From Minutocellus sp. GHC0000111 (taxonomy: Eukaryota): a DNA stretch of 64,000 bases. Below are positions 25,690 to 36,039 of the stretch, in pieces. The notes beneath the pieces are model-generated. The model was not told the origin of the DNA. It did not search any database and saw only the letters and a program-made list of their open reading frames with translations. The translations under genes and the position numbers were made by a program. The stretch covers positions 3,472,001 through 3,536,000 of the forward strand of contig OZ361257.1 of NCBI GenBank assembly GCA_977018835.1, read 5' to 3'. How positions within the stretch are numbered: the stretch's first letter is position 1; each line of letters begins with the position of its first letter.

Positions 25690-28600
25690 TTATGTGCATT
25701 TTTCAACATCTCCCTCAAAATCTAACTTCTTCTTTGCTCCACTTGTCGCCTTCAATTTTGCTCGCAAGGCCATGTCGGCTTTATCAATCTGCTGCTCATT
25801 GTATCGTCGCGTCGCTTCTCCAGCGCGTGCATGGAAGGCTTTCTTGACAATCTTGGTGAATATTATCTTCTTTTCGCCTTCCGGTAAGTCAATATCGTTT
25901 TCTGCTTTGTTGAATAGTCCCCACAAGTCTTCGTCGCTGATGATGGTCTTGTATTCTCCTTGATTGCCTCTTTGCCGACTTCTTCGATGGTCTTTTCATT
26001 CACTAATTCCCTTGTTCTTTTCATTACCATCCTTCCAAAGGGCACATATTGGGGGGCCAGGAGGAATAGGCCACCGCGATTTCGTATCTGGTCGATTGGA
26101 GCGTAATATTTCTGTAAGTATCCTGCGTCTTTTATTGCTTCGCGATGCAACAGTCTCATTGATTTCACATGCAGCACTGCCTTCCGATCACTGTTCTCAC
26201 ACGTATTTTCATCCTCGTCTTCGTTGTCTTCTTCGTAGAAGAAGCTTTCAGAGTCTTGCCACTTCTCACGATATTGATCGAGCACTTCTTTCATGGCCCA
26301 ACCGACGAAGTTGGTTACTTCCGAATTCTCTTCGTCCTGGTCGATGGATCCCTTTGCGTTACCGTTGGTGGTGATAGCGGCGGTACTGGAATCACTGGGC
26401 GATGTGAAAGTATCGATGATGGCTTCATCAAGCCAATTACTGAAAAGCCGAGCGAGATGTTGCTCCACGATGGCGGCGGCAAGATGAGACTGGGACAGAG
26501 ACGCCGGCAGCAGCTTCCGCAGATCTTGAAATTTCTTGCTAGTAATGAAGTCATGCTGGTGCCACCAGAATGACTGTTTATGGCCGGACTTCTGCATGAT
26601 GCTCTTGTCTAGTGATGTAAATGCTGTGAGTATCATTTGCTGGCACGCCAAATTGAAGAGCACTTCGTCTTCCTCATCTAACGATGCGATTGCTTTGAAA
26701 CATTTCTCTTCTTCCGTTCCAACGCTCACTCTTGCCATTCCCTCAAATGTTTCGTCATCCAGCAGGTAGTCAGAGAAGTTGGAATCAATGTTGTATGTCG
26801 CCATCGTTTTGTGCAGACTGCGCATGCGCTCGGTGGAGCCAACCGCCGGTTGATCTCCCTCGCCATCCTCATCGTCGCAAGGAGGAAGTATCGAGATGGA
26901 TGCCTCTGCCGGCTTCTTTTTCTCGTCTCGCCACGACTTTACCACCAGAGCTCGGCGATCGTCTGTGCGCCCCATCACCGACTCCAGACGATTCCATGAC
27001 ACTGCTACCTCCGTGGTGTCGCCTTCGTAGTTTGGGTTGGATTCGTTCATAATCTGGATGCTGTCTTGAGAGTTGATGGCTGTTATTGCGGACGGATAGT
27101 TGTGGACAGAGTCGCCGCCCAAGTATCGAATGTGTGAGAAGGTAGCTTCAAGCGATGACTGGTTGGCATGGAGGAATTTTACGTACGAGGGAGGGTTCGG
27201 TAGCAGGAAGACGAGTCGGCAGCATTGAAAGAAGCCGCAAACACCAATCCGAAGGTTTTTGTACGTGGTGGTAGAAATAAAGGACTTTTCCCACGCAGGG
27301 TTGCCTTGTTGCTTGAGCTGCAAAGAGGCGAGTCGCCAAGCCTCGAAGTACTCCAAAGCAGACCTAGTCTCTTTCTCCTTCTCGTCGATGTTGTCTGGGG
27401 TGACACTGACCTCGCCATTCAAAAAGTTTTCAATAAAAATAGTCCCGACATGAAAGTTGCACTCTACGTGAGCCAGGTCTTGCCGTAACTGTTGAAAGTT
27501 GGCGTCGCCTAGGACATTGGAGATTTTGCTCGCGTTGTCGGACGACGGAAAGACCGTCGTTCATCCATTTTTTCTCCCGAACGAAGCTCACCATGGTGCC
27601 CCCCGCTCTTGACCGCTGCACATTTGCAAGGTAAGACATGGGCATTCCCGAGGCTGGCCGACACCACTGCGCTGCTCATGCGAAAGTTTCAGCTTCATTG
27701 GACTGTTGTTGCATGAGAAAACATAATTCAAAACAATCAACCTGTGTTTGAGCACGCGAAAAAGGGCCGCGGATGAGAAGTGACACCAAGAGAGCCACAG
27801 TCGCCCAATCCACCCAGAATTGCAGAGATGCACGCCTAAGATGTGCATGAAAATGTTTGTTTGGTTGATTGTTGTGTGTTTGATTCGTGTCCGCCCCCGC
27901 ATCGGCCGCCAATGAGAGCAAAATTTCGTCCGGCGTCGTCGTTTTTCTCGCGAAACTTTGCCCCCACCAAACACATGTTGTGCTTGGAATTTTTGAGCTG
28001 CGCCTTCGATGCCACATTTCTACAGGGTGTCTAGATGTGTGGCATTTGCTCAGAATTCTCAATTCTCCCATTCATTCCAGAGATTCTTGGGGGCAAAGGT
28101 CTGCCGGACGGCGAATTTCGCGTTCTCCCATGCTTCGCCGCGTTGAAACACGGTCGACGGAAAGACGAATGTCCAGTTTTCGGGTCGAGTGGCTCACCTA
28201 AAGCTGGACCAACTCACCACCCTGGGAGAAAAACGCGCCGTGCGGGGCCTCCCTGCAAAAGCTGGCGAGCTGAGTTTTGAATCTCACCCAAAATGAAGCC
28301 CACCAGGTCGCCGACTGCAGCCGTCTGGTCCAGAGCCAGCTCAGCTGCATCGCCGGCAGCGTCCTTGACAGCCTCCTTGGCGAGCTCCTCCAAGAGCACT
28401 GACCTCGCCGAAGCATGGTCGCTGCCAACGTGGTCAGCAGCCGTCTTGAAGAGGTCAAGCATGACGCCGTCCTTCTCGAGGTCAAAAGCGACTTTGCAAG
28501 CATCACTCTCCAGCTTTGTCTTGGCGTAGCGCAGGCGGTCCCTGGTGGAGCGGGCAGCTTTCCGTTGGTTCTGCTGGCGCTCCTTCAGCCTCGTCGGGGT

Positions 28601-29840
28601 CAGGTAGGTGCTTGATCGGAGCTCGGCTGCTGGCGCCGACCTGCTTGGCGCGATTCAGTTGCTTCCTGTTCTCCCGTCGGAGGAAGTTTTTCCTTTCAGT
28701 CGAGCACGGACCACACAAAATGCCATCCCGCTCGAATTCACCTAAGGAGACCAGCCCACACGAAGCGTCGCCGAACGACGGACAAAAATTGACCCAACTC
28801 CTTTCTCCTAGCTTAACGCTAGCAAAATGCCGATGGCTGCCCCGCAAAATACGCATTGCTGCCTGACCCTCCTTGGACGCAACAAATCCCTCTCCTTGCA
28901 TGCTGTGCATTCGCACCAGTGAAGCAGTCAAGTCGGCGGCGGATGGCAGCACCAAGCCAACCTCGTCGTACAGCCGAGGATGTTTATCAGGACTGATAGC
29001 AGAAAATGCGGTTGCACAGCCATCACACACGTCCACCGGAGCCTCGGAAGTTGCACCAATAAATATCGAACAGTCCGGGCTCCGCCATGCTCCATCCTTT
29101 TGCGTGAAAGAGAAGTATTTGGAACACACTCCACGACCAATGTCTCCAGCTTGCAGCACGCTCAACAACTGAGGATGGCCACCAATACCGGACCGACACG
29201 CATCATAGATTGGCACTACGCCAGATCCATCGCCACCGCCAGCACCGGTGGAACCACCACTAATGCCTGTGGTGTCACACGCCGGTGTAATCGGAGCGGC
29301 CGCCCCATTGCCAACCTTCGCTTTCTTGGGGGTCTTGTGCGTTCCCAAAGGGACCGACGGATGTTGGTCCGCCTCCAAGAGCCGCTTGACGCTGGCTGCC
29401 GACCGAGAGCTTTTGCCACCGAGCACCATCATCAAGGATCGGGACTGATCGATAGTATGGTCTGGAGGCCAGAAATATTTACCATTGAACTCGTTGATGG
29501 CTTCTGCAAAACCGTGTCTCTTTGCAATCTCCGCAGGAACGGGCGTTGTCGGAAAATGGCTCTTGCCGTCTGTTTCTCCAGCAAAGTATTGAAGCGCGTC
29601 AGCAGAGAAATGATGCTTCGCAATCTCGTACCTCTCAACATCAAATTTGAATCCAGATAAAGTGAGATTCTTCTTCAGAACTGCCTGGTATTTTTTACTC
29701 TTGTCACTATCTTTCAATCTGAACTCGAACCCGCCGCTTCTGATGTTGTTGTGAGACTCGTCGATAATGCGACGTATCTTGTCGCAATCGTCATGCCTGC
29801 ACAGGCATTTCCTGGCACCAGCAGGGGTGCCGCTGCTCAT
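25690..29840 (-). pseudogene. P-type transposase pseudogene (frameshifts at ~28605 and ~25960, internal deletion, nested insertion)
   Basis: N-terminal CLCRHDDC..IAKHHF (THAP-like); SFISTTTYKNLRI, NQSSLEATFSHIR (cf. NQDxLExxFxxIR), FVGWA, RGGL, KAFHAR. The first two catalytic Asp regions and the GTP-binding insertion were not found. Confidence 0.8.
27467..28198. mobile_element. Nested non-coding 732-bp insertion flanked by TA, short inverted ends
   Basis: TA|CGTGAGCCA ... TGGCTCACC|TA; removing it with one TA rejoins GPAL-ECNFHVGTIFIENFLN in the transposase frame. Confidence 0.6.
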
Positions 29841-30157
29841 GACCGCGGCAACCAAAGGGTACACGACAGGTGATGTGCATCCGCGGTCGATGCTCGCGAA
29901 AAGAAGAACCGATGCCGGCCAATAAGTACAATGGAGGGCAAGTTCCGACGCGTGGCGCGTGCGCGCAAAGGAGGGTTGGAAAATTCGATGTGCGCGCGCG
30001 CAAGGCGCTTGGGCCAGAATTAACGGATTCCACATTCACCCCAAAAAAAGAGTGCCGAACATGGTGAGCGCAAAAGCGCGCGCGTGGACCACCCTGTTAT
30101 TTGTTATGTGCTCTTGTCCCACCCCACGCCACAATCGAATCTGGATCTAAAGCGAAG

Positions 30158-30857
30158 ATGAAATTCTCTATCGGCGAATTCGCTGCTGAAATGAAGGCCA
30201 TGGCTGCTGCCTCGGCCAGTGATGTGGCTGCCTGCCAGCCTGCAGCTGCCACCTACTTTCGTTCTGTACTCGAGAAATATTCGACCGACGAGATCCTGAC
30301 GGTGTTGAAAGAATCTATCCCACCTGACGCCAACGTGGGCGAGATGATTGTCCATTCTTCCGATGAGCTGACAATTCTCTACGCACGTTTGCCTCCGAAG
30401 TTCATGAGCGCGGTCCATGATCACACAATTCTTTGCCTGCATCGCCTCTCTAGTTGGCGAAGAGCAAAACATTATCTATTCCCTCGTGGAAGGGAACAAG
30501 GACATCCCACCTAAGGTCGAGAAAGAATTCGTCATCAAGCCAGGGCAAGTTGCCGAACTTTCACCCGATGTTATTCACTCCATCGCAAACCCAAGTGATT
30601 CTCCTTCTCATTCCCTCCACGTTTATGGAGGTGATTTCCGTGCTGTCATGTCAGAGCGCACGCTTTGGAACTCAGAAGAATTGAAGGCCATGCCCTTCTC
30701 GTTCCCAGGACTCATGAAAGAATCATTTATTCGTATGAATACGGTCGGAAATACGCGTGGCTTAGAGGCAACTGCCAAGGCGATTCCTGCCCTTCAGCCT
30801 CTCATCGATTCGATCAGCACCCCGGCCGCTCCAGCAGCTGATGGGATGTCACAGTGA
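30158..30857 (+). CDS. Cysteine-dioxygenase-like cupin (thiol dioxygenase family); +1 frameshift at ~30430
   Basis: HDH...IHSIAN...SLHVYG 3-His cupin motifs spread over two overlapping frames. Confidence 0.8.
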
Positions 30858-30933
30858 TGGTTGTGGGCTGTTGCTATATGCGTTTTCAATATTTGCATGC
30901 TTAGAATTCTTATTAATCTTATTTAGCACCGTT

Positions 30934-31718
30934 TTATTCTTCAAATGCGACGTTTGTTCGTTTCCAAGAATATAAGTCAGCACCCAAGTCAATGGTTGCT
31001 TCTCCATCTGGTGCGAAGGCCAAGTTTCCGTCGTGAATATTCTTCCAATAATTGTCATCGAATGCAGCCATCAAGTCATCGGCCAATATCACGCTTGAAA
31101 TGCACATGAGAATACCATCCGGTGCAGTGACTCTTGTGATCTCTTGATTGATTCTATAAATACATCCTCTCCAGTAATGTCAATTGCATCTAGTGTCCCT
31201 TTATCCAATGTAGCATAAATCGAAGCTTCTGGAAGAGGCATATCACGAGCGTCGGCAGTTATCAAGCGAGCCTTGTCTCTACCTGGACCAAACAATCGCC
31301 TTACTCGCTCTACTCCTTCCTCTGAGTAATCAAACGCTAGCATGTCCTCATATCCATCGTCATACATAGCCACCGGAGACGGGTCGTTGCCAATACCTGC
31401 GATCATGATTCTTGACGCCTTGTCCGGAACGAGCATTTTCCAAAATGGTGAAAACTCCTCGTAAGTACAATACCAACTATATCGCTCTGACGACCGCCCG
31501 TCAATTCCTTCTTCATTAGAATACATGGTGTCCCAGTACGACTTCTTTCCAAACACGCACTTTCCTTCGTCATCAATGTGAATGCCAGTCGAAGCTGCGA
31601 GAGCGGGTGCCATCAAGTCAGGTGGTGGTCCACTTCGCCGTACGCTACAACTGGGGAGCACTCCGAGAAAAGCGGGGTGAAGAATGGTACATTTCGTTGT
31701 TGAGGGTACAAATAGCAT
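30934..31718 (-). CDS. Class I SAM methyltransferase (EEF1AKMT4/METTL13-like); frameshift at ~31144, start uncertain
   Basis: YWDTMY, YSWY, AGIGN, DYS, DARDM, DKGTLDAI; shifted frame continues EITRVTAPDG to TAA at 30934. Confidence 0.8.
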
Positions 31719-31871
31719 GGGTGCTGCGAGGTGAATGCTGCTGAATCAAGCGCAATAATCTGCCGAGAGTGAAGCAAGATGATCAAAGCAAAATAAAAGA
31801 TACCAAAAGAAAAACCCGGAAACATCGAAAGATACTCATCGCTCGATAGTCGCCATATCCGGGACATCGGA

Positions 31872-33014
31872 ATGATGAGATGGAGGCTGAGGCACGCTCT
31901 CAGTCTGCATACCAATGTCTGCTGTGTTATCTTCGCCCTCCATTTGTCGTATCGGCGCCTTGGCTACACAGGATCATCTTGGGGATCAAATCCTTTCTTG
32001 GACGCAAGAAGAGAAACCGGGGGAATACGGATCGTCTCGTGGAATCTACGTGTTCCTTTTCCAGAGGATGCATCCATCAATCGCACTTGGCCAGAAAGGC
32101 GGCAAGCCATTGCGAATGCAATATCCATCCTTCAGCCGGATGTACTTCTGCTACAGGAAGAATTTTACTTGATGAATGATGAGCTGCTACATCAAATGCC
32201 AATTACTTCCTTGAACGGCAGCACCATCTTTCTATCAAGCGCATACCAACGATACGGTCTCTTCAATCGAAATGGAGAGACACAGCCGAGTAAAACATGG
32301 CCCGAAAATGCGTTTACTGGAGATGGGGTGCGAGATGGCGAACACAATTCGATTTGGTGGTCATCGGAGCAATGGGAACTGGTGAATAAATCGACATTCT
32401 TGCTCTCTCCGAAACCGGACGTCGCTGGAACTAGCTTCGGAGAAGTTACTGGTAGGATTGTCAACTGCGTGGTGTTAAAAGGCATGCGCAAAGAACCTCA
32501 AACGATTCGACCGGTTTATCATATGTTCTGCTCCACGCACATGCCTTCTGGAAACAAGACAAGACAAATGTTGAGCGTTGAGGTCATCTCCAACCACTTT
32601 GCTTCAGATGAGGGGAAATATTCGTGCTCTTTCATCGGAGGCGACTTCAATACAAACCCAGGGTCCAGCATCTACAAGGCAATCCTAGATTCTGGATTTC
32701 ATGATGTCGCTGCACCCAGCATGCCAGGCTACAACGAGGTAGTTTCAACCGCGGATTGGTACAAGGACTCAAAAACGAATCAGATCATCGACTACCTTTG
32801 GGTCTACAATGGCGGCTCTCCAAGTACACGCATATTTCAAAGCAAAAAGTCGGCGTTTGTGAGTGTACCTTGCTGTGACTTGAACGTAGCGGAGCTTAAA
32901 GACTTCATTGAAAAACAAATTCGGGGCAAAGCTTTGTCCTCAATCCAGCGAGAGAGATCCGCCTCCGACCACTTGGCTCTCGTCGTAGACATACCGGTAC
33001 ATATATTTTTATGA
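31872..33014 (+). CDS. Endonuclease/exonuclease/phosphatase (EEP) family protein with N-terminal anchor
   Basis: SWNLR, LQE, STH, GDFN, IDY, SDH motifs. Confidence 0.88.
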   Translation: MMRWRLRHALSLHTNVCCVIFALHLSYRRLGYTGSSWGSNPFLDARRETGGIRIVSWNLRVPFPEDASINRTWPERRQAIANAISILQPDVLLLQEEFYLMNDELLHQMPITSLNGSTIFLSSAYQRYGLFNRNGETQPSKTWPENAFTGDGVRDGEHNSIWWSSEQWELVNKSTFLLSPKPDVAGTSFGEVTGRIVNCVVLKGMRKEPQTIRPVYHMFCSTHMPSGNKTRQMLSVEVISNHFASDEGKYSCSFIGGDFNTNPGSSIYKAILDSGFHDVAAPSMPGYNEVVSTADWYKDSKTNQIIDYLWVYNGGSPSTRIFQSKKSAFVSVPCCDLNVAELKDFIEKQIRGKALSSIQRERSASDHLALVVDIPVHIFL

Positions 33015-33083
33015 CATTAAGTCTAGTGCAAGTAAATATGTGTGGGGGAATCTACTACGTAGTAGAGGGGCGTACTCGCCATT

Positions 33084-34199
33084 TTAGCCGGCGAAAGGAC
33101 ATCGTGCACCGCTCGCTGACCCCGATGGTTTCATGTCATGCTTTGCATTGTGCACAAAGGGACATTTCCCGCGTCCTCCTCCTCCTCCACTACTACCACC
33201 ATCACCTATTTCTCCTGCATCATCTGTATCTTCAGCAGAACCAGCTTCTCGGGGTTTTGATGCAATAGGCTCTCCATAGGCTGCACCAATCTCATTCAGA
33301 GCTGATGGTGGCAATTCTCCTTTGAGAACCTTGAGGAAGGGATCGGGATCATAGAAGATCTGCAAGTTGGTAACCTTCATGGCATCGCTCAGTGTAATGA
33401 GACCAAACCCCGTCATATTGATCATCTGGCCGTTGCCATGATGGCCTTTGTAATCGCCAGCGAAATTGGCCCAATGCCTCCAACTGAAGAATACCTTGGG
33501 CGGAGGACTCAACACCTCCAGAACCTCCCAAGGGAACCCCTCTGGAAACGCATAGCGGAATTTTCCATGGCTAGAATCGAAGGTCTCCTCAGAATTATCA
33601 TACAGAGATTTATCACAAGTTGACAACAACCAGTTGTAATTCCCAACCCAGGAGGATTCCGTGGCAGTCCACACTTTGCCACCGTTGGCTTGGACCGTGT
33701 ACGATCCGTGATCGACGGTCGTCCACTGCTCGAACAGCTTATGCGTGGCCTCCATCTCCCACGTTTTTACCATGTTCTCCACTGTCTCCTCCAGCGAACC
33801 CTTTGCGTGATTCTTTGTCTTCCCGAGAAAGTATTGCAGATCGGCCACCGTGTAGTCCGGCTTCTTCCCGTCTCTCCAATTAATGTCGCCATCCTTGAGC
33901 TCATCCAACCCCCGATCGGGCGTTCGGAAGCCAAATTCGGCCTTGAGCAGGTCCGATATCTCCCTGGCCTGGGCCAGCTGATCCGCCGTCGCACCTCGGA
34001 CGGGGAGCGAGGGGATGGTCCGTCCGATGGCCGCCTCGATCCGTTCTCTCCGGGCCTTCGACACGGTATCGGGCGGGAAGGACGATTTGGGCTGGGCCGG
34101 GTTGGAGGAACGGCGGGGTTGCTGATCAGCACTTGCTGAACCCACCCTCGTCCCGGACTTGACGTCGGTGCCAAAGGATATCTTCTTCCGTTCTGACAT
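33084..34199 (-). CDS. Pathogen-related protein-like (SnoaL/NTF2-like fold)
   Basis: WRDGKKPDY, GSLEETVENMVKTWEME, GNYN, GFPWEVLEVLSPPP..WRHW. Confidence 0.82.
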   Translation of the reverse strand: MSERKKISFGTDVKSGTRVGSASADQQPRRSSNPAQPKSSFPPDTVSKARRERIEAAIGRTIPSLPVRGATADQLAQAREISDLLKAEFGFRTPDRGLDELKDGDINWRDGKKPDYTVADLQYFLGKTKNHAKGSLEETVENMVKTWEMEATHKLFEQWTTVDHGSYTVQANGGKVWTATESSWVGNYNWLLSTCDKSLYDNSEETFDSSHGKFRYAFPEGFPWEVLEVLSPPPKVFFSWRHWANFAGDYKGHHGNGQMINMTGFGLITLSDAMKVTNLQIFYDPDPFLKVLKGELPPSALNEIGAAYGEPIASKPREAGSAEDTDDAGEIGDGGSSGGGGGRGKCPFVHNAKHDMKPSGSASGARCPFAG

Positions 34200-34442
34200 G
34201 CTGCGGCGGCCGAATACTCAAGATACTGACAAGCACCTCTCCGTGCAAGCACGTCATGTTGCAATGTGTTCTTATCGCTTCGTTGAAATCATTCGAATCG
34301 CAAAAGTGTCTTGCATGGTGTTTCTTTGACGCAAATTATTCGTCAAAGAAACCAATGCGACACAGCACAACGTCTTGCCGTCGCCACCGACCACCTTCGT
34401 AGCCTCAGAGCGAGATCACAGGCAAGTCAAAGAAAGCCCACC

Positions 34443-35995
34443 ATGCTGAGAGCGGTATCGGCCTCCGCTGCCGCTGGCCGACGTGGCCTTTCGGCCTGGT
34501 CGCCAGCCGTTCAGCGCCTGGTCGGAAATGCCGCCGATGGCGCTGGCGATTTTGCAGGCCTTCTGTCGATTGAGAGTCACGGCGGCGGCACGTCAAGTGC
34601 CACCACCACCTCGTCGTCCTCTGCGGTCCTGCTGATTGGACCGTCCCACGCCATGTCTGCTGCTGCGGCTGCGCCAGCCTCCCCCATGAGCGTGTCCAGA
34701 CGCATGTATTCCACATCATCTCCACAGTTGGACGATAAGAAGGACGGAGGTCCCGACGCTCCCGTCGACCCGACCAAGGAGGTGAAGCAGAACGCCGGCT
34801 CCGGCCTGTCCAACCCCGCTCCGTCAATTCCGACCTAACCGAGGAGGAGATCGAGGCCCTGTTGGATTCTGAGCTCGCCGCCATGGAGGAGGCCGCCAAG
34901 GCCAAGGAGTACGCGGACTGGAAGCCCGGCCAGCGGAAGCGTCCCCTCCAAATGTCGTACAAGCTGTCGGACTTCGAGGCCGAATTCAGCGGAGAGCAGA
35001 CCTGGACCCTCCGCGACAAGCGCTGCGGTGCCCTGGGCATCAAGGTGGGCATGATGCCCGTCTGGGATGCATGGGGGGAGCGCCATCCGTGCACGGTGCT
35101 GTATCTGGACAGCAATGTCGTTATCCGCAACAAAACGTCGGACGGGCCCGATGGGTACGATGCCGTCGTCGTCGGTGCCGGCGAGCGCAAGGCCAGAACG
35201 TCAACCGGGCCACCCTGGCAACGTTCAAGCAATTCAACGTCGGCGAGAAGCCGCCGTACATAGTGAGAGAGTTCCGCGTCACAACGACCGATGCCATGCC
35301 GGAACCTGGGTCGAGGATCCATGCCGGACACTTTGTCGCCGGACAGAATGTGGATGTTAGCGGTATTAGTAAGGGCAAAGGCTTTCAGGTACGTTGTTTG
35401 CTTGAGGGGTGCTTTGAAGTTGGGCTTTCCTTTGATCATAATCGTACATATGCAATGAATCTGGGACGGGAGGCTTTTATATTTTTGTTCTCTGCTTCTT
35501 GGTTCAAACTCACTCAATTTTCACGACTACTTTGTCACGTACAAACACCAACAGGGAGCAATGAAACGACATGGCTTCGGTGGTATGCCCGCCACTCATG
35601 GTACGTCCAAGTCCCACCGTGCGTTGGGCTCCACGGGCCAATGTCAGGACCCCGGCAAAGTATTCAAAGGCAAAAAGATGGCAGGGCGTATGGGCACTGA
35701 TCTCGTTACCGTGCAGAACCTTCGTGTTGTGAAAATTGATCGAGGACGTAACCTCCTCTATGTGAAGGGAGCCATACCAGGCAACAAGGGATCATTTGTG
35801 GAGATCCGCGATGCTGTGAAGAAGCCTCTGTGGGGAACCTCCCACATCGATGGTGGAGAAGAACGAACATTCCCTCCGTTACCGACCGGCGAGTACGAGG
35901 AGGGCGTCGACGGTAGTGGTGAGGTTGGCTATGAAATCATGATGCCGCTTGCCTCGGTCGATCCTTTCGCGCCTTCCGAGGAAGAGGCTGCTTAG
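34443..35995 (+). CDS. MRPL3: Mitochondrial ribosomal protein uL3m; intron 35389-35554; two 1-nt deletions (~34820, ~35195)
   Basis: [56 protein letters not shown]; Arg/Ser-rich mitochondrial-type presequence. Confidence 0.92.
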
Positions 35996-36039
35996 AAATT
36001 AAGCGAAAGTAGCTACAAAATTTATGCCTTACCACTTAT

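Larger units (their letters stand above)
24992..30116 (-). mobile_element. P-element-superfamily DNA transposon, defective copy, 5,125 bp
   Basis: 8-bp TSD TCCCACCC at 24984-24991 and 30117-30124; 35-bp TIRs starting CAAGAGCACATAACAAA (first 17 identical, 3 mismatches in total); internal transposase remnants with P/THAP9-type motifs. Confidence 0.9.

Noticed and set aside
25083..25847. 254-aa plus-strand ORF as transposon cargo
   Set aside because: Starts inside the inner inverted repeat, overlaps the transposase tail in antisense and has no recognisable motifs.
24992..30116. hAT assignment for the transposon (also 8-bp TSD)
   Set aside because: No hAT dimerisation or BED-finger motifs seen; NQxxLExxFxxIR, RGGL and the THAP-like start fit the P superfamily better.
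34815..35200. Programmed ribosomal frameshifting in MRPL3
   Set aside because: No canonical slippery heptamer; adding single bases restores a conventional protein.
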